NCBI RefSeq assembly: GCF_037042905.1
Contig: NC_087256.1
Coordinates: 10,230,001 to 10,294,000, forward strand
From: Lytechinus pictus
Taxonomy: Eukaryota
Length of the DNA stretch: 64,000 bases
Reading direction: 5' to 3'
In this document: positions 13,047-24,744 of the stretch, piece after piece
Layout of the letters: each line of letters begins with the position of its first letter
Numbering within the stretch: the first letter of the stretch is position 1
Program-made: the position numbers and the translations under genes
Notes under the pieces: model-generated
The model's database searches: none
Told to the model about the DNA's origin: nothing
Seen by the model: the letters and a program-made list of their open reading frames with translations, nothing else

Positions 13047-13294
13047 CTTCAGCCACTAAGGTGAAACAAAATGTTTTTTCCCCTAACTCATTACCATGGA
13101 TTACTCACTTGTTCCCTTAACTTATAACTTGTTCCCTTGATTTATAACTTGTTCTATGTATATAACTCATGCTCTCAACTTGCAATTCGTTCGCACAACT
13201 TACTAAATTGAGGGAACAAGGTACTAGTGGGAACAAGTTGGGAAAAGAAAAATAATTAAAAAAACCCATGTCAAATCACCTTAGGGGCTCCGTA
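13047..13294. mobile_element. MITE with internal 'cttgttccc' repeats (TAC..GTA-type end)
   Basis: agccactaaggtga / tcaccttaggggctccgta inverted ends, with internal inverted arrays of aacttgttccct. Confidence 0.45.
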
Positions 13295-13559
13295 TCTTTC
13301 CTTTTATCTTTCCCCACTCTAGTCATTATCTAATGCCACACTCATACCACTCTCCTGTCTTCATCCTACAGGTTATTCTGTAACAATCACAAAAGAAACA
13401 ATGTTTCATGTAACCTGATTATTTATTCATCAATTATATTCTTTTGAACACTGATACCTCATTAAAACACAGTATGGAGATTTTTAAAAAGTAAATAAAA
13501 GCTAGAAAAGGTAAATTATGCAGTTTTTTTCAATCACTGTAGTAAATCTGCTAGGACAC

Positions 13560-14139
13560 TAAATAAATCAATAAATAGAGTAAAATTTACAAAGCAATAT
13601 GCTGAAAATTTGATCAAAATCGGATAACAAATAACGAAGTTATTGAATTTAAAGATTTGTATTATTCTGGTAAAACAGTTCTAGGCATGTCTTTATGAAT
13701 ATTCATTAAGTGGGCTGATGATGTCATACCCACACTTGTTCTTTTATGTTTTATTACATGAAATTAGGTTTATTCAAAAAATTTCTACCAAGAACTAAAA
13801 CAATTGGATTGAAAATTGATTAAATGCATTAGTGATTTATTGCCGCAACTTATTTCGTCATAATGGAGACACATCATTTACACATGTATGAAAAAATGAA
13901 ACATTTATGATTTCAAGTAATAACACAAGAAAAACTAAAGTGGGGATGTGACATCATCAGCCTACCTATTGAATATTCATGACAATGTGCATATAACCGT
14001 TTTCACAAAATATTGATAAACTTTAAAATTCAATAACTTCGTTATTTGTTATCCGATTTTGATGAAATTTTCAGCATTTTGCTTTGTGAATTTTACTCTA
14101 TTTATTTAGATATAAATATTTTCAGCCTGGACCATCCCT
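13560..14139. mobile_element. Kolobok-like MITE, left end eroded
   Basis: Long imperfect TIRs (13575-13660 vs 14020-14105). Right end ..ggaccatcccTTAA. Confidence 0.6.
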
Positions 14140-14188
14140 TAACTAATACACAAAAAATATAACACCCTTGCAGCATCTGGAGAATTAA

Positions 14189-14749
14189 AGGGAAGTCTAC
14201 TCCAATAAAAAGTTGATTTGCATAAAGAGGAAAATAAACCAAGCTAAACACCGGAAATTCCATCAAATTCATATGTAGATTAAATAAGAAAGTTATGACA
14301 TTTCAAAATGTGGCAATTTCACATGCACGTTCTGGTCATAATGCAAATGAGGGAAATGATGACACCACCCTCTCACGATTTCTTGTGTATTTTATTATAT
14401 GAAATATTTTAATTTGTAATGTGAAACAAGCTCCCTGAATATGCGGTATTGCAATTGGCTAGCTCTTGATTGTCGTTTAATCATGGGGGTTCTTATTGTC
14501 AATCACATTTTTAAAAAGTCAATTCATACAATAACATACAAAAGAGATAGTGAGTGACATTGATTCTCTAATTTTACATATATCACAGAGGTGTACATAT
14601 GTACAGTACATATCTCTGGTTTCATAAGTCAAAATATAAAAATTTGATAACTTTATAAATCTTACTTCAAGAATTTATGAGATTTTCAGCATTACGTTTG
14701 CTTTATTTTCATCCATTGATCAACTTTTTTGCTGGGGTGTCTGGGATCT
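14189..14749. mobile_element. Kolobok-like MITE, degenerate copy of the family at 32276
   Basis: TTAA-AGG start and ..TTAA end. Homologous to 32276-32879. Confidence 0.6.
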
Positions 14750-15462
14750 TTAAGATTAGCTAAGAATGACCTGGTATCATTGACGACATAATAGTTACAG
14801 AGCCTATATTCATCTGGAACATAAATGGGTTATCAGCTATTATGAAATCTCCTGTTGATGCAACAGATTAAATGGCAGACATTTGCCGACGTGGATCCTA
14901 ATATGAAAGTGAAGACCAATTCGCGATGCACGCAATCGAAAGAAGAACTGACTGGTGTCAATCCGTGACGTCATACTATTCAAGTGGGGGGGGGGGGGGA
15001 TGAACCAATAGATCATCCCCCATGAACAATAGATTAACAACACAAACCGACACCATGCAAAAGAGGGATTTTGTTTTATTCTCTCCTTCTTTGACTGGAT
15101 GGCAGCTGCTCTATTGGTTTCAAAGTCATTTATTTATTTTCTTTTATATGAGCAGTGTAAAGAAAAAAAACTTAAAAAACAAATATGGTATAGTTGTGTC
15201 ATACATTTGTTTACAGCATTATATAGGTTTTTACTTTTTAGTTGACAGTTGACACCATATCTGTTGGTGGGTGCTTGGCACAGGAGACTTTAATCATATG
15301 GATTATAATTGGTTCAAGCAGTTTTAATTTAATTATTGAGGATAAATGTATGCAAATACTATGTTATTGCATAATTTGATAATATTGATGTCAATTTGTT
15401 GTTTTTTCGTAACATTGTCAATATCAATATATTATGGTAAATATATTATGTTAGCGTATCAA

Positions 15463-16750
15463 CCCAGGACCAAAATCCAATTGAAACCAGTTAGATTTCC
15501 AACTGGTTACAATTGGTTTCAATTGGTTTTAACTGGAATACACCAATTTCCAATTGAAACCAATTGGAACCAGTCGGGCAACTGGAAATCCTAACTGGAA
15601 CCAGTTGAGTAACTGGAAACGTCTTCCAACTGGAAATGACTTCTAACTGGAACCAGTTGGGTAACTGGAAATCCTAACTGGAACCAGTTGGGTAACTGGA
15701 CATTTCTTCCAACTGGAAATGACTTCTAACTGGAACCAGTTGGGTAACTGGAAATCCTAACTGGAACCAGTTGGGTAACTGGACATTTCTTCCAACTGGA
15801 AATGACTTCTAACTGGAACCAGTTGGGTAACTGGAAATCCTAACTGGAACCAGTTGGGTAAATGGAAATGACTTCTAACTGGAGAGTTGGGTAACTGGAA
15901 ATGACTTCTAATTGGAACCAGTTGGGTAACTGGAAATCCTAATTGGAACCAGTTGGGTAACTGGAAATCCTAACTGGATCCAGTTGGGTAACTGGAAATG
16001 ACTTCCAATTGGAAATTTTCCAGTTACCCAACTGGATCCAATTGAAAACCAGTTCATTTGCATATTATCTGCCAATGTGCACAGATTAATGTTTTATGTG
16101 ATTCATCATTATTTACAATGTATCTATTCATTTCTTTTCATTCTCAAGTGCCACACTTTTTAAGATTAATGTTTCGAATACTTAGCAGTGAAAACCATGT
16201 TCATAAATATTATAATTAAAAGATCATTAGTACACCACTAACTGTTACCAAATTACATCAAATACAAATACATATATTCGAAGCTCCTCCATGTAAATAT
16301 ACATGTATATATAGAGTCGATCTACATTACATCAATGCCCTTTACATTGGTATTTGTAGACATATAACAATGCTTCTGTGTTGGCATGAGCAATTGTTAG
16401 TACAAATGCTAATTACTTTGTAACTAATTAAGTTCATTCCAACTGGAAGTCCCAATTGGATGCAGTTGAAACCAATTGGTTTCAACTGGAACCAGTTGCC
16501 TCCAATTGGTTTCAACTGGAACCAATTGAAACCAGTTGCCTCCAATTGGATTCAACTGGTTTTAATAGGGAATTTGCAACAACTGGAACCAACCGAGATG
16601 CAGTTGCCTTATTGGTTTCAACTGGAACCAATTGAAACCAATTGGCAACTGCCGGTTCCAGTTGCCCAATCGGTTTCTAACTGGAACCAATTGGCAACTG
16701 GTTTCAATTGGTTTTGCTCTAATTGGTTTCAACTGGATTTTGGTCCTGGG
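15463..16750. mobile_element. EnSpm/CACTA-like foldback element with internal AACTGG/CCAGTT satellite
   Basis: TIR cccaggaccaaaatcca../..tggattttggtcctggg with a 2-bp AA duplication. Subterminal tandem arrays at 15480-16055 and 16435-16740. Confidence 0.8.
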
Positions 16751-17107
16751 AAATGCCTAAAGTACTGCTGGTATTTCAATACAGCTATAAAATATTTATG
16801 GTTTGCTTGGTAAATACATTGGCAGCTACAGGCAAACTTAAATTACAAAGAACTGTTTTAAAACAAAATTTAGTTGATATCACTGGCACCATGATTACAT
16901 TTATTCCTTCAAACAGGAGTAAACACAAGAGCTATTAAATGACAATTTGTTGTTTTCCTTTGCTTTTCCATCATTTCTGAAATGATATACCAACGTTTGA
17001 TCCATCGTGAGACAACCGATTACTATTCTTCTACTCAATCCATCGCCAGGATGAACCTTTTCCACATCATGATATATCATTTAACTAAGTTTAAAATCCT
17101 GATCTGC

Positions 17108-17824
17108 TCATAATTTGCTAATTTGACTCTCAAAGGGGATCATGATATTTGATAGAGGTATTCTACTTTCATCTGGTATTCTTAGAGGCCTCTGATCTCC
17201 ATTCAGATCTACAAAGACATGAACACACTGTCCTACTGAGGCCGCCATTTCCTTGAAACCATCAAAGCTAGCCAAATCATTATTTTCTATCAGATGACCA
17301 CCTATTGATAATGCCTTGGTGACCTCTTTGCTCGCCTCTCTCTCCGCAAAGATACCAACTGTGTAAGTCACACTGGAGTTTCCAAGTTTGGTGACAGCCA
17401 TGCCAGCCAGGATGACCTCAGGAAAATTGAGTGGTTGCCGATACGAGCATCTGGTATCAACCATGAACCCAACTATATTTGGCTCATCTGGATTCTTTTT
17501 TGGGTGCCTGACTTCACAGTATTTATACAGGTACTCATTAATGACCGTATCAAAGTAGGAGTAGTAGACTGAATTATTTACATGACCAAACATATCAGTA
17601 TCTCGAAACCTCGTCTGAATCGGAAGAAAATATTTGTAAAATCCTTGTTGCCATGGTGATAGCTCTGTCCCACCTCTTGCCTTTGAGTCACTCATTGTAT
17701 GTCTGCTAGCCATGACAAAGTTTGAGGGTTTAATTTGGTAGCGCTGACCTTGAAGGTAAACACTTGTGATCAAGGCTGGGTTGCACTTCTTCAATGGTGC
17801 ATGGAATTTCAAAGCACTTAACAT
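17108..17824 (-). CDS. Hotdog-fold acyl-CoA thioesterase (4HBT/YbgC-FadM family), single coding exon, possible mitochondrial presequence
   Basis: 238-aa ORF with TRFRDTDMFGHVNNSVYYSYFD, C.Y..PL.FP, KLGNSSVTY and HVFVD. A splice acceptor at 17876-17877 implies an upstream non-coding exon. Confidence 0.88.
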   Translation of the reverse strand: MLSALKFHAPLKKCNPALITSVYLQGQRYQIKPSNFVMASRHTMSDSKARGGTELSPWQQGFYKYFLPIQTRFRDTDMFGHVNNSVYYSYFDTVINEYLYKYCEVRHPKKNPDEPNIVGFMVDTRCSYRQPLNFPEVILAGMAVTKLGNSSVTYTVGIFAEREASKEVTKALSIGGHLIENNDLASFDGFKEMAASVGQCVHVFVDLNGDQRPLRIPDESRIPLSNIMIPFESQISKL

Positions 17825-20246
17825 CTTGGTCTGTAATTCCTTAGTCTAAAAAATCTTGGTCTCAATGTGTCACACCTGTAGATTTGGGGGGGGGGGATAA
17901 AGGAAGAAAATCGCAAATGATACATTAAGCCCTTGTCAAGGAAAGTTGTGGGTCTGAACCAGGTCATGAATTATTTATTTGGATTTACTATAGGCTTTAT
18001 TTTAAGTCCTCCCTTTTCATTTCTTATATTATTACGAAGGCCTTATTATACTCAAATGTCATTTGCATTTATTTTAAGTTGTTTTTGCATGCTTTCATTT
18101 AAAATTATTGATGTATATATTCGATTTGATGTGCATATTTTTGTACTCATTGTTATTAGAAATGAAATGAATAAATTAATTGAAATGAACTGATTAAAAT
18201 TTGTCTCCAGGCTGTTAATGCTATAGATTTCAAACAAATAGGCCTACAAACATTTTTAAGAATTCAAACAAAGAAAATAAAATCAAGTAATAAGTTTTCT
18301 CCAACAATACCACAAGGGTTACACATGCAACTGTTGTGTGAAGGCAGCCGTCGATCAGCTGTGATCATGAAGGCACTCCGATTGCCAAGTGGTTATGACA
18401 ATAATGGATTTTGGACTAGTCCTTAGACTCCTTACTCCTTAAATTTCTTCAATTTCACTAAAGATATCAGGGAGCCTTCTAAATAACAGCAGCTATTCAA
18501 TATATCTATAGGTCTACATCTTCCTGGCTGAGGTGAGCTGTTCTGAGCGGGATATAGAATTGAGATTTCGAAATTAGGGGGATCATAACCAATTACTCCA
18601 AATAATCCAAGGAATTTTCTTTTTAAAATAGGTGATCTAGTCCTACCTTATAAGCATGTAAAAAGAGGAAGCAGCAATTATTTTTTATTGGAAGGGGAGC
18701 AAATGGGAAAGATGATCATGACATTAACATTATGCCGATATTGCAACTATACTAGTAGTCTGTCTATATCGTCTCCAAAGACTGTGGTGAATTTTATTTA
18801 TTTCTGACCAATGCCATTGGGGGTTACATACACCATATACACTATCAACACTCAAATCGTACTAGGCCTACACCAAAATTTGACGGAATAAGTCACAACT
18901 CATTGCTGATTATTATCTCAATCTAACTTTACCTTTCTAAATTTGTCAGATATAACCCTTTCCATATTTTTTCCAATTTTCGTGGAGGGGACATATGGTA
19001 TAATCTATCATAGTCTTCATGGTCTTGCCTATATTTTTTAACCACAAATAAGAATAGGGCATCAAAAAATCACAATGTCACTCCGCGCTCAAGGTAGGGC
19101 TTTGATCTACCTAATAATAGTATTAGTAGTAATAGTAACCTTGTTCATTGAATGAGCTCTTCGTGCCACACGCGCCATACTCTAACTTGGACGTATTTTT
19201 GGCACAATTTTTTTTTTCCTTTTTTATTTGATATCTAGAATCTACCGGCATATATCCCCAGTCAGACTAACAAACACAACACGAGTCTGAACTGGATCCT
19301 CCTGGAATTTTACTTTTTCTTCCGTGGTTTCCGAATCCAAAATAGTACAGCAAAAGCAACAAATTATATTCGTCACTTTGAATGTTATAGGTGAGATAAT
19401 TAGACTTCGAAATGTAGATAACATAATGCCATGGTTGCAATTGAATCGCGCGCGGCGGAGCTGCGACTTGCTTCTTTCGTGTACCGGTACAAGCTCGGCC
19501 TCGGGGACCGGGCCGAACAAACAATTAATCGCATGCATGCGTGAAAACGGCCACGGAATGGTCGTCCAGTACAATCAACCCAAATCGTTTTAAAAAAAAT
19601 CATTTTTACTGAGGTTAGGGGGAAACCATGAAAGATTCATTTCGTGGCGCTAATGCAGTTTTGCACCGGCCGATTACCAAATACCAGCATACCTCATCAC
19701 CAATAGTTCAGTAATACTAATAGTTGTTCCCAAATCACATCTCTGAGTCTCACCACTTGTTCACTGCAACCATCCTGCCTGTGGGGAATCTACAGCAGGT
19801 AGGACTATGGAGTATGGTATGCCAATGTTGTACAGAGCACACACTTTAAAAAATCATTAAAATATCACTTTTGTGACCAATATTACTAATTTCCATACAG
19901 TTGCAATTTATTTTTCATTAGTAACTTGGAAATAATTATTGTATTCACCAGAGCGCTCAAAAACTTGATTTTGGGGCATATTTTTGTGTACGCCCTCTAT
20001 TGGTGGAAAGTAAATATGGCAAGAAAATTTTCATTTTTTGATCTCTATTTTTAATTAAGAAAAAATAATTCAAAGAATCAAATTTACTTAAGAGCCAAGT
20101 TGTATGATGAATAGGTGTAATGGAAACTTTCAGTGTAAAACAAATCAAGCATTTGTCCCAAAGAAAAAGAGAAAATAAGCCAAACATTGCCACCCTTATT
20201 TTGCCACACATGGAGATATAACTGAGAACAAGGTTATATCATAACC

Positions 20247-20774
20247 TAACCCAGAGAGCTCCCGCCCGCGCAGCGGGCGGGAGCCCAGAAGCTTACCGTG
20301 TATTTTACCATTGTCACCGGACTAGGGTGATTTATGGTCTAAATATTTCTCCAAATGAATTGTGAAAACAGAAAGTATACAATTACCACGATTATATGGA
20401 TGAAGGTCTAACGAGTGGCAGATTCCTGACATCTGGGCACAGTCTGGAACCTCAAAAAAACGAAAAGTTCTCTCCTTCTACCCCGTCTCGATCGGCCATT
20501 TTTGTTAAAAATCGTAACAAAATGGCCGATCGAGACTGGGTAGAAGGAGAGAACTTTTCGTTTTTTTGAGGTTCCAGACTGTGCCCAGATGTCAGGAATC
20601 TGCCACTCGTTAGACCTTCATCCATATAATCGTGGTAATTGTATACTTTCCGTTTTCACAATTCATTTGGAGAAATATTTAGACCATAAATCACCCTAGT
20701 CCGGTGACAATGGTAAAATACACGGTAAGCTTCTGGGCTCCCGCCCGCGCAGCGGGCGGGAGCTCTCTGGGTTA
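20247..20774. mobile_element. Palindromic (foldback) element family B, complete copy 2 (TAACC..GGTTA), 9-bp TSD
   Basis: 528-bp almost perfect palindrome. TSD atcataacc at 20238-20246 and 20775-20783. Confidence 0.9.
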
Positions 20775-20783
20775 ATCATAACC

Positions 20784-21235
20784 TAGACAGCTGGCAGCCG
20801 TCTGTTTCGAGGAGTTTTTTAACATTTTTTTTTTTTTTAATTTCTCCTCATACACAGACGGCTCGCTAGCGTGCAGCCACCATTAGGGGACTTGCAATGC
20901 AAAATCCCCCCGTCGGGGCTCTTCAATTTTTGTCTTTAATGAGTAAAAATTTTGAAAATTAACGCGACCAAAATTCAAATTAATATTCCCTCTTGGCATC
21001 AATTGCCAAAAAACCGAGAAAAATCAAGTTAAAAGGAACAAAAACAGTGACTTACCTCGGCTGTCGCGCAAATTCACTTCCCCGTTTTATCCGATCTTTA
21101 ATAAGTACATAAACATATGGCCATTGAGTCCCCTGTACAGATCGCGCTAGAACTTCGGTCTCTGTATTTGGTGAGTGAAGCCAACGGAGTTCAGCTGAAC
21201 AACCAAATTTAACAGAGACCGAAGCTTTTGGTCTA
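20784..21235. mobile_element. TAGAC..GTCTA family, copy C2, 9-bp TSD
   Basis: TSD atcataacc at 20775-20783 and 21236-21244. Closely similar to 46308-46766 along its length. Confidence 0.9.
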
Positions 21236-21316
21236 ATCATAACCTTGTTCATTGAATGAGTGTCTCTCACCGAGTCTCGGACTCGGTCACGTCACATTTC
21301 GAGGGCAATTTATACC

Positions 21317-21820
21317 CAACTTGTTCACTGCAACCATCCTGCCTGTGGTGGGGAATCTACATGTAGGACTATGGTATGCCAATGTTGTACAGAGCACACA
21401 CTTTTAAAAATCATTGAAATATCACTTTTGTGACCAAAATTACTAATTTCCATACAGTTGCAATTTATTTTTCATTAGCTTTGGTAATAATTTTTGTATT
21501 CACCAGAGCGCTCAAAAACTTGATTTTTTGGCATATTTTTGTGTACGCCCTCTATTGGTGGAAAGTAATATGGCAAGAAAATTTTCATTTTTTGATCTCT
21601 GTTTTTAATAAAGAAAAAAATAATTTAAAGAATCAAATTTACTTAAGAGCCAAGTTGTATGACGAATAGGTGTAATATAAAACTGTCAGTGTAAAAATAA
21701 TCAAGCATTTGTCCCAAAGAAAAAGAGAAAATAAGCCAAACATTGCCACCCTTATTTTGCCACACATGGAGATATAACTGAGAACAAGGTTATATCATAA
21801 CCTTGTTCATTGAATGAGTG
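21317..21820. mobile_element. Element E copy 2 (uninterrupted)
   Basis: Direct repeat of E copy 1. Flanks tttatacc/aatatacc. Subterminal palindrome gaacaaggttat-atc-ataaccttgttc. Confidence 0.7.
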
Positions 21821-24251
21821 AATATACCAACCTCTTTTCCAAATATCGCGATCGGAAACGGCTGTATTTCAGCTTTGATCTCGATGTCGTCGTTCGAATC
21901 CTCAGACATCACTTCGCGGATCGCATGGATTCGCCGTGCGCCGTAATGTTGATATGGACTGAAGTTAGCATCCAAATCATGCGAACATAGTCATAAGGCG
22001 AACAAACTGCCAGCATGCTGTAGGCGAATCTTTTGGTCGCATAACTTCAGTCCATATCAACATTACGGCGAATCCTAGTCTTGAGGATGCAATGATGATG
22101 ACTTTTAAAATAATGAAATATACTTCTTCATCATTGACGTCTTGACACTCTTCCCATAGTCGCAGAAGAGAAGGACCAAAACAAAGATTGATTTTTTGAT
22201 TTTGATTTTGATTTTGATTTTGATCATTGATTTTTACACCTTTCAAAGGTGTTTAAAATTATAATATAAAAATGTGAATAAATTAAGGTTTATTACCTAA
22301 CTGATGCCGAGTAGACCCCTCGATCCACATGTAAACAACGTAAGTACAATAGCGTCGACCCTTGAACCGCTTATGTATGACGTACTTCCGGCTAGCAATG
22401 CCGTTTTGACGAACAATTTATAGATAAAAAATATTTCACAAATACTAAAATTTATTACGTGATTGTAAATAATTATTAGTATTATACTACCGGTAATTAT
22501 TTATAATTACGTGATAAATTTTAACATTTGCGAAATAATATTTTTTTTGTCGACGCTATTGTACTTACGTTGTTTACATGTGGATCGAGGGGTCTACTCA
22601 GCATCAGTTTATAGGTAAGAAACCTTATTTTTATCACATTTTTATATTATAATTTTTAAAACCTTCCTACGCATTAGGTGTAGGAAGGTGTAAAAATCAA
22701 TGAAATTCATTAAATTCAAGTGAATGAGGGAAATCCATCTTTGTTTTGGTCCTTCTCTTCTGCGACTATGGGAAGAGTGTCAAGACGTCAATGATAAGAA
22801 GTATATTTCATTATTTTAAAAGTCATCATCATTGCGTCCTCAAGACTAGGCGAATCCAAGCGATCCGCGAAGTGATGTCTGAGGATTCGAACAACGACAT
22901 CGAGATCAAAGCTGAAATACAGCCGTTCCTGATCGCGATATTTGGAAGAGGTGGGTATATTGACCTAGAAATGTGACTGAGAGACTTGTCATGACATTTG
23001 GGAACAAGTATTGGTGATGAGGTATGCTGGTAATCGGCCGGTGTGAAACTGCATTAGCGCCCATTTCGTTTGGTCGTCGAAGCTTACCGAACATTTCTAA
23101 GCTATGCTTCTTCTTTCCAATCATGCAAATCTGTATTGATTTGCCGACCCTGCCTGGCTGAGAAAGTTGTTAGCATAAATAGTGGCAGAAGGGGGCGCTG
23201 TTAAAAAAAATCTGCTAATTAATAAAAAGATCTAGTATTAACCTGATTTGAAAAATGTCTTTTTTTTAATTTTCATGATTTTGTCTAATAATAGATCTAT
23301 CATATGTACACAGTCACACAGTGTAGATCTCGATCTAGACATTTACTAGTCTAAAATTAGATCTAGATGTAATAATCTAATTTCCTATTTCCACCTTATT
23401 TTAGTCTAGTATGACTGTGTGACATCGAGGGGGGGAGGGTTCTTCTTTTTATTTGGCAACCAGTCAATTTGACTATTTTTGCCATCATAAATATATTATT
23501 CACGTTCGTTGGAGATGGAATCACAAACCAATTAATACTTGAATAATTAATTAATTTATACATCTGCATTTGTACTTATTCTACTATATTTGAAATAACG
23601 TATACAATATTTTGTATGTGTATGCAATCCCACAGTATTGTAAGTCTATTCATTCTGTGTATGGGCATATGTATTTGTAATTTTGTAAACCTGTTGTGAA
23701 AGGAATTTCCAACACAGGACAATAAATACATTCAATTCAATTCAATATATATATTTATAGATGTATATAGAATGTATATATATATATATATATATATCTT
23801 CAAGACATATCTTTCTTATTTTCTTTTCTCTTTTTTTTTCCATTTCTTTCTTCCTTTTTTTTGTTAGGGTACCTACTACAAGGATTTAAAGTCAAGTAGG
23901 TTTGTCTCAAAAATTGAAATTAAATCAAAACCAGGGGTTTTACTGAAAATATGCTTAGATATATATACTAGTATGCAAGTAAACCCTGGATGGAGATGAC
24001 AGAGAAAGAAATGAGGAAAATCACAGGTCCAATCCAACACCCGTACTGGAGTATGGGGATACGTCTGTTGACAACGTCAGTGAAGTCTTGATCTTTCCCG
24101 GAGACAAGACACCTTTAAATCCTAGATCAAGATCTAGATCTATGTAGGCTTAGGCCTATTAATTTTTTAGATTTTTTCTAGATTTAACTCTAACTAAAAA
24201 GTCAAGGATTTTCAGAGTGAAGATTGAGGTCGATCTGAAAACATTAATTAA

Positions 24252-24744
24252 ACACGTCCGTGCACCCCAACAAAAAGTGGATTAAAATAAAACAGGAATA
24301 TCAAACAAGTATAATAATGCTGAAAATTCTTTTATATTTTGCTGATTTTTCACAAAAGTATGCACAACTCAAGTGATACTGTGCAAATTAGGGAATTGAT
24401 ATTGTCACCCATAATAATAGTCTAAAGATTTTTTTTTTTTCATTTTTTGCAGAATTTAGGAATCACAATAAGTTAATGTCAATACTACATTTTCAAGGAA
24501 AAATCAAGCCTTGTTTCACCTTGTTGTTTTCACAAGGGAAAAAAATAAAATTCATGGATAGTGAGTTGGTGACATCAGTTACTTCATGTTTACCGGTTTG
24601 GATTTGTATTTATGTGAAATTAAGCAAAAGTTTCAAACTTCATAACCTTCTTTTGATAGAATTTTCAGCATTATAGGGCCTATTAGTTTAATATTTCCCT
24701 TTTCATTTGAACCAACTTTTGCTGCCCAGGGCGGACTTGCCTTC
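24252..24744. mobile_element. Kolobok-like MITE, degenerate copy
   Basis: caccccaacaaaaagt.. / ..aactttttgctg..ggacttgcct, homologous to 32276-32879. Confidence 0.5.

Larger units (their letters stand above)
19754..21262. mobile_element. Element E copy 1 (CACT..AGTG short TIR, ~8-bp TSD) with two nested insertions
   Basis: Starts cacttgttcactg and ends cattgaatgagtg. About 510 bp once 20247-21244 is removed. Highly similar to 21317-21820. Flanks agtctcac/tctctcac. Confidence 0.7.
19641..23070. repeat. Old long inverted repeat (foldback 'D'), apex near 22485, left arm split by E insertions
   Basis: 21821-22475 mirrors 22494-22962, and 19641-19753 plus 21263-21316 mirror 22950-23070. A homologous half-arm lies at about 47230-47490. 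Confidence 0.75.

Noticed and set aside
15480-16740. Possible CRISPR array or repetitive ORF (16460-16813)
   Set aside because: There are no unique spacers. It is a subterminal satellite inside a TIR element with a TSD, and the context is eukaryotic.
19136-20236. Element defined by TAACCTTGTTC..GAACAAGGTTA TIRs
   Set aside because: Better explained as the subterminal palindrome of element E, whose CACT..AGTG ends have TSDs matching the empty sites in the other arm of D.
23182-23200. CTCF-like motif gtggcagaagggggcgctg
   Set aside because: It has two core mismatches and cannot be supported without ChIP data.
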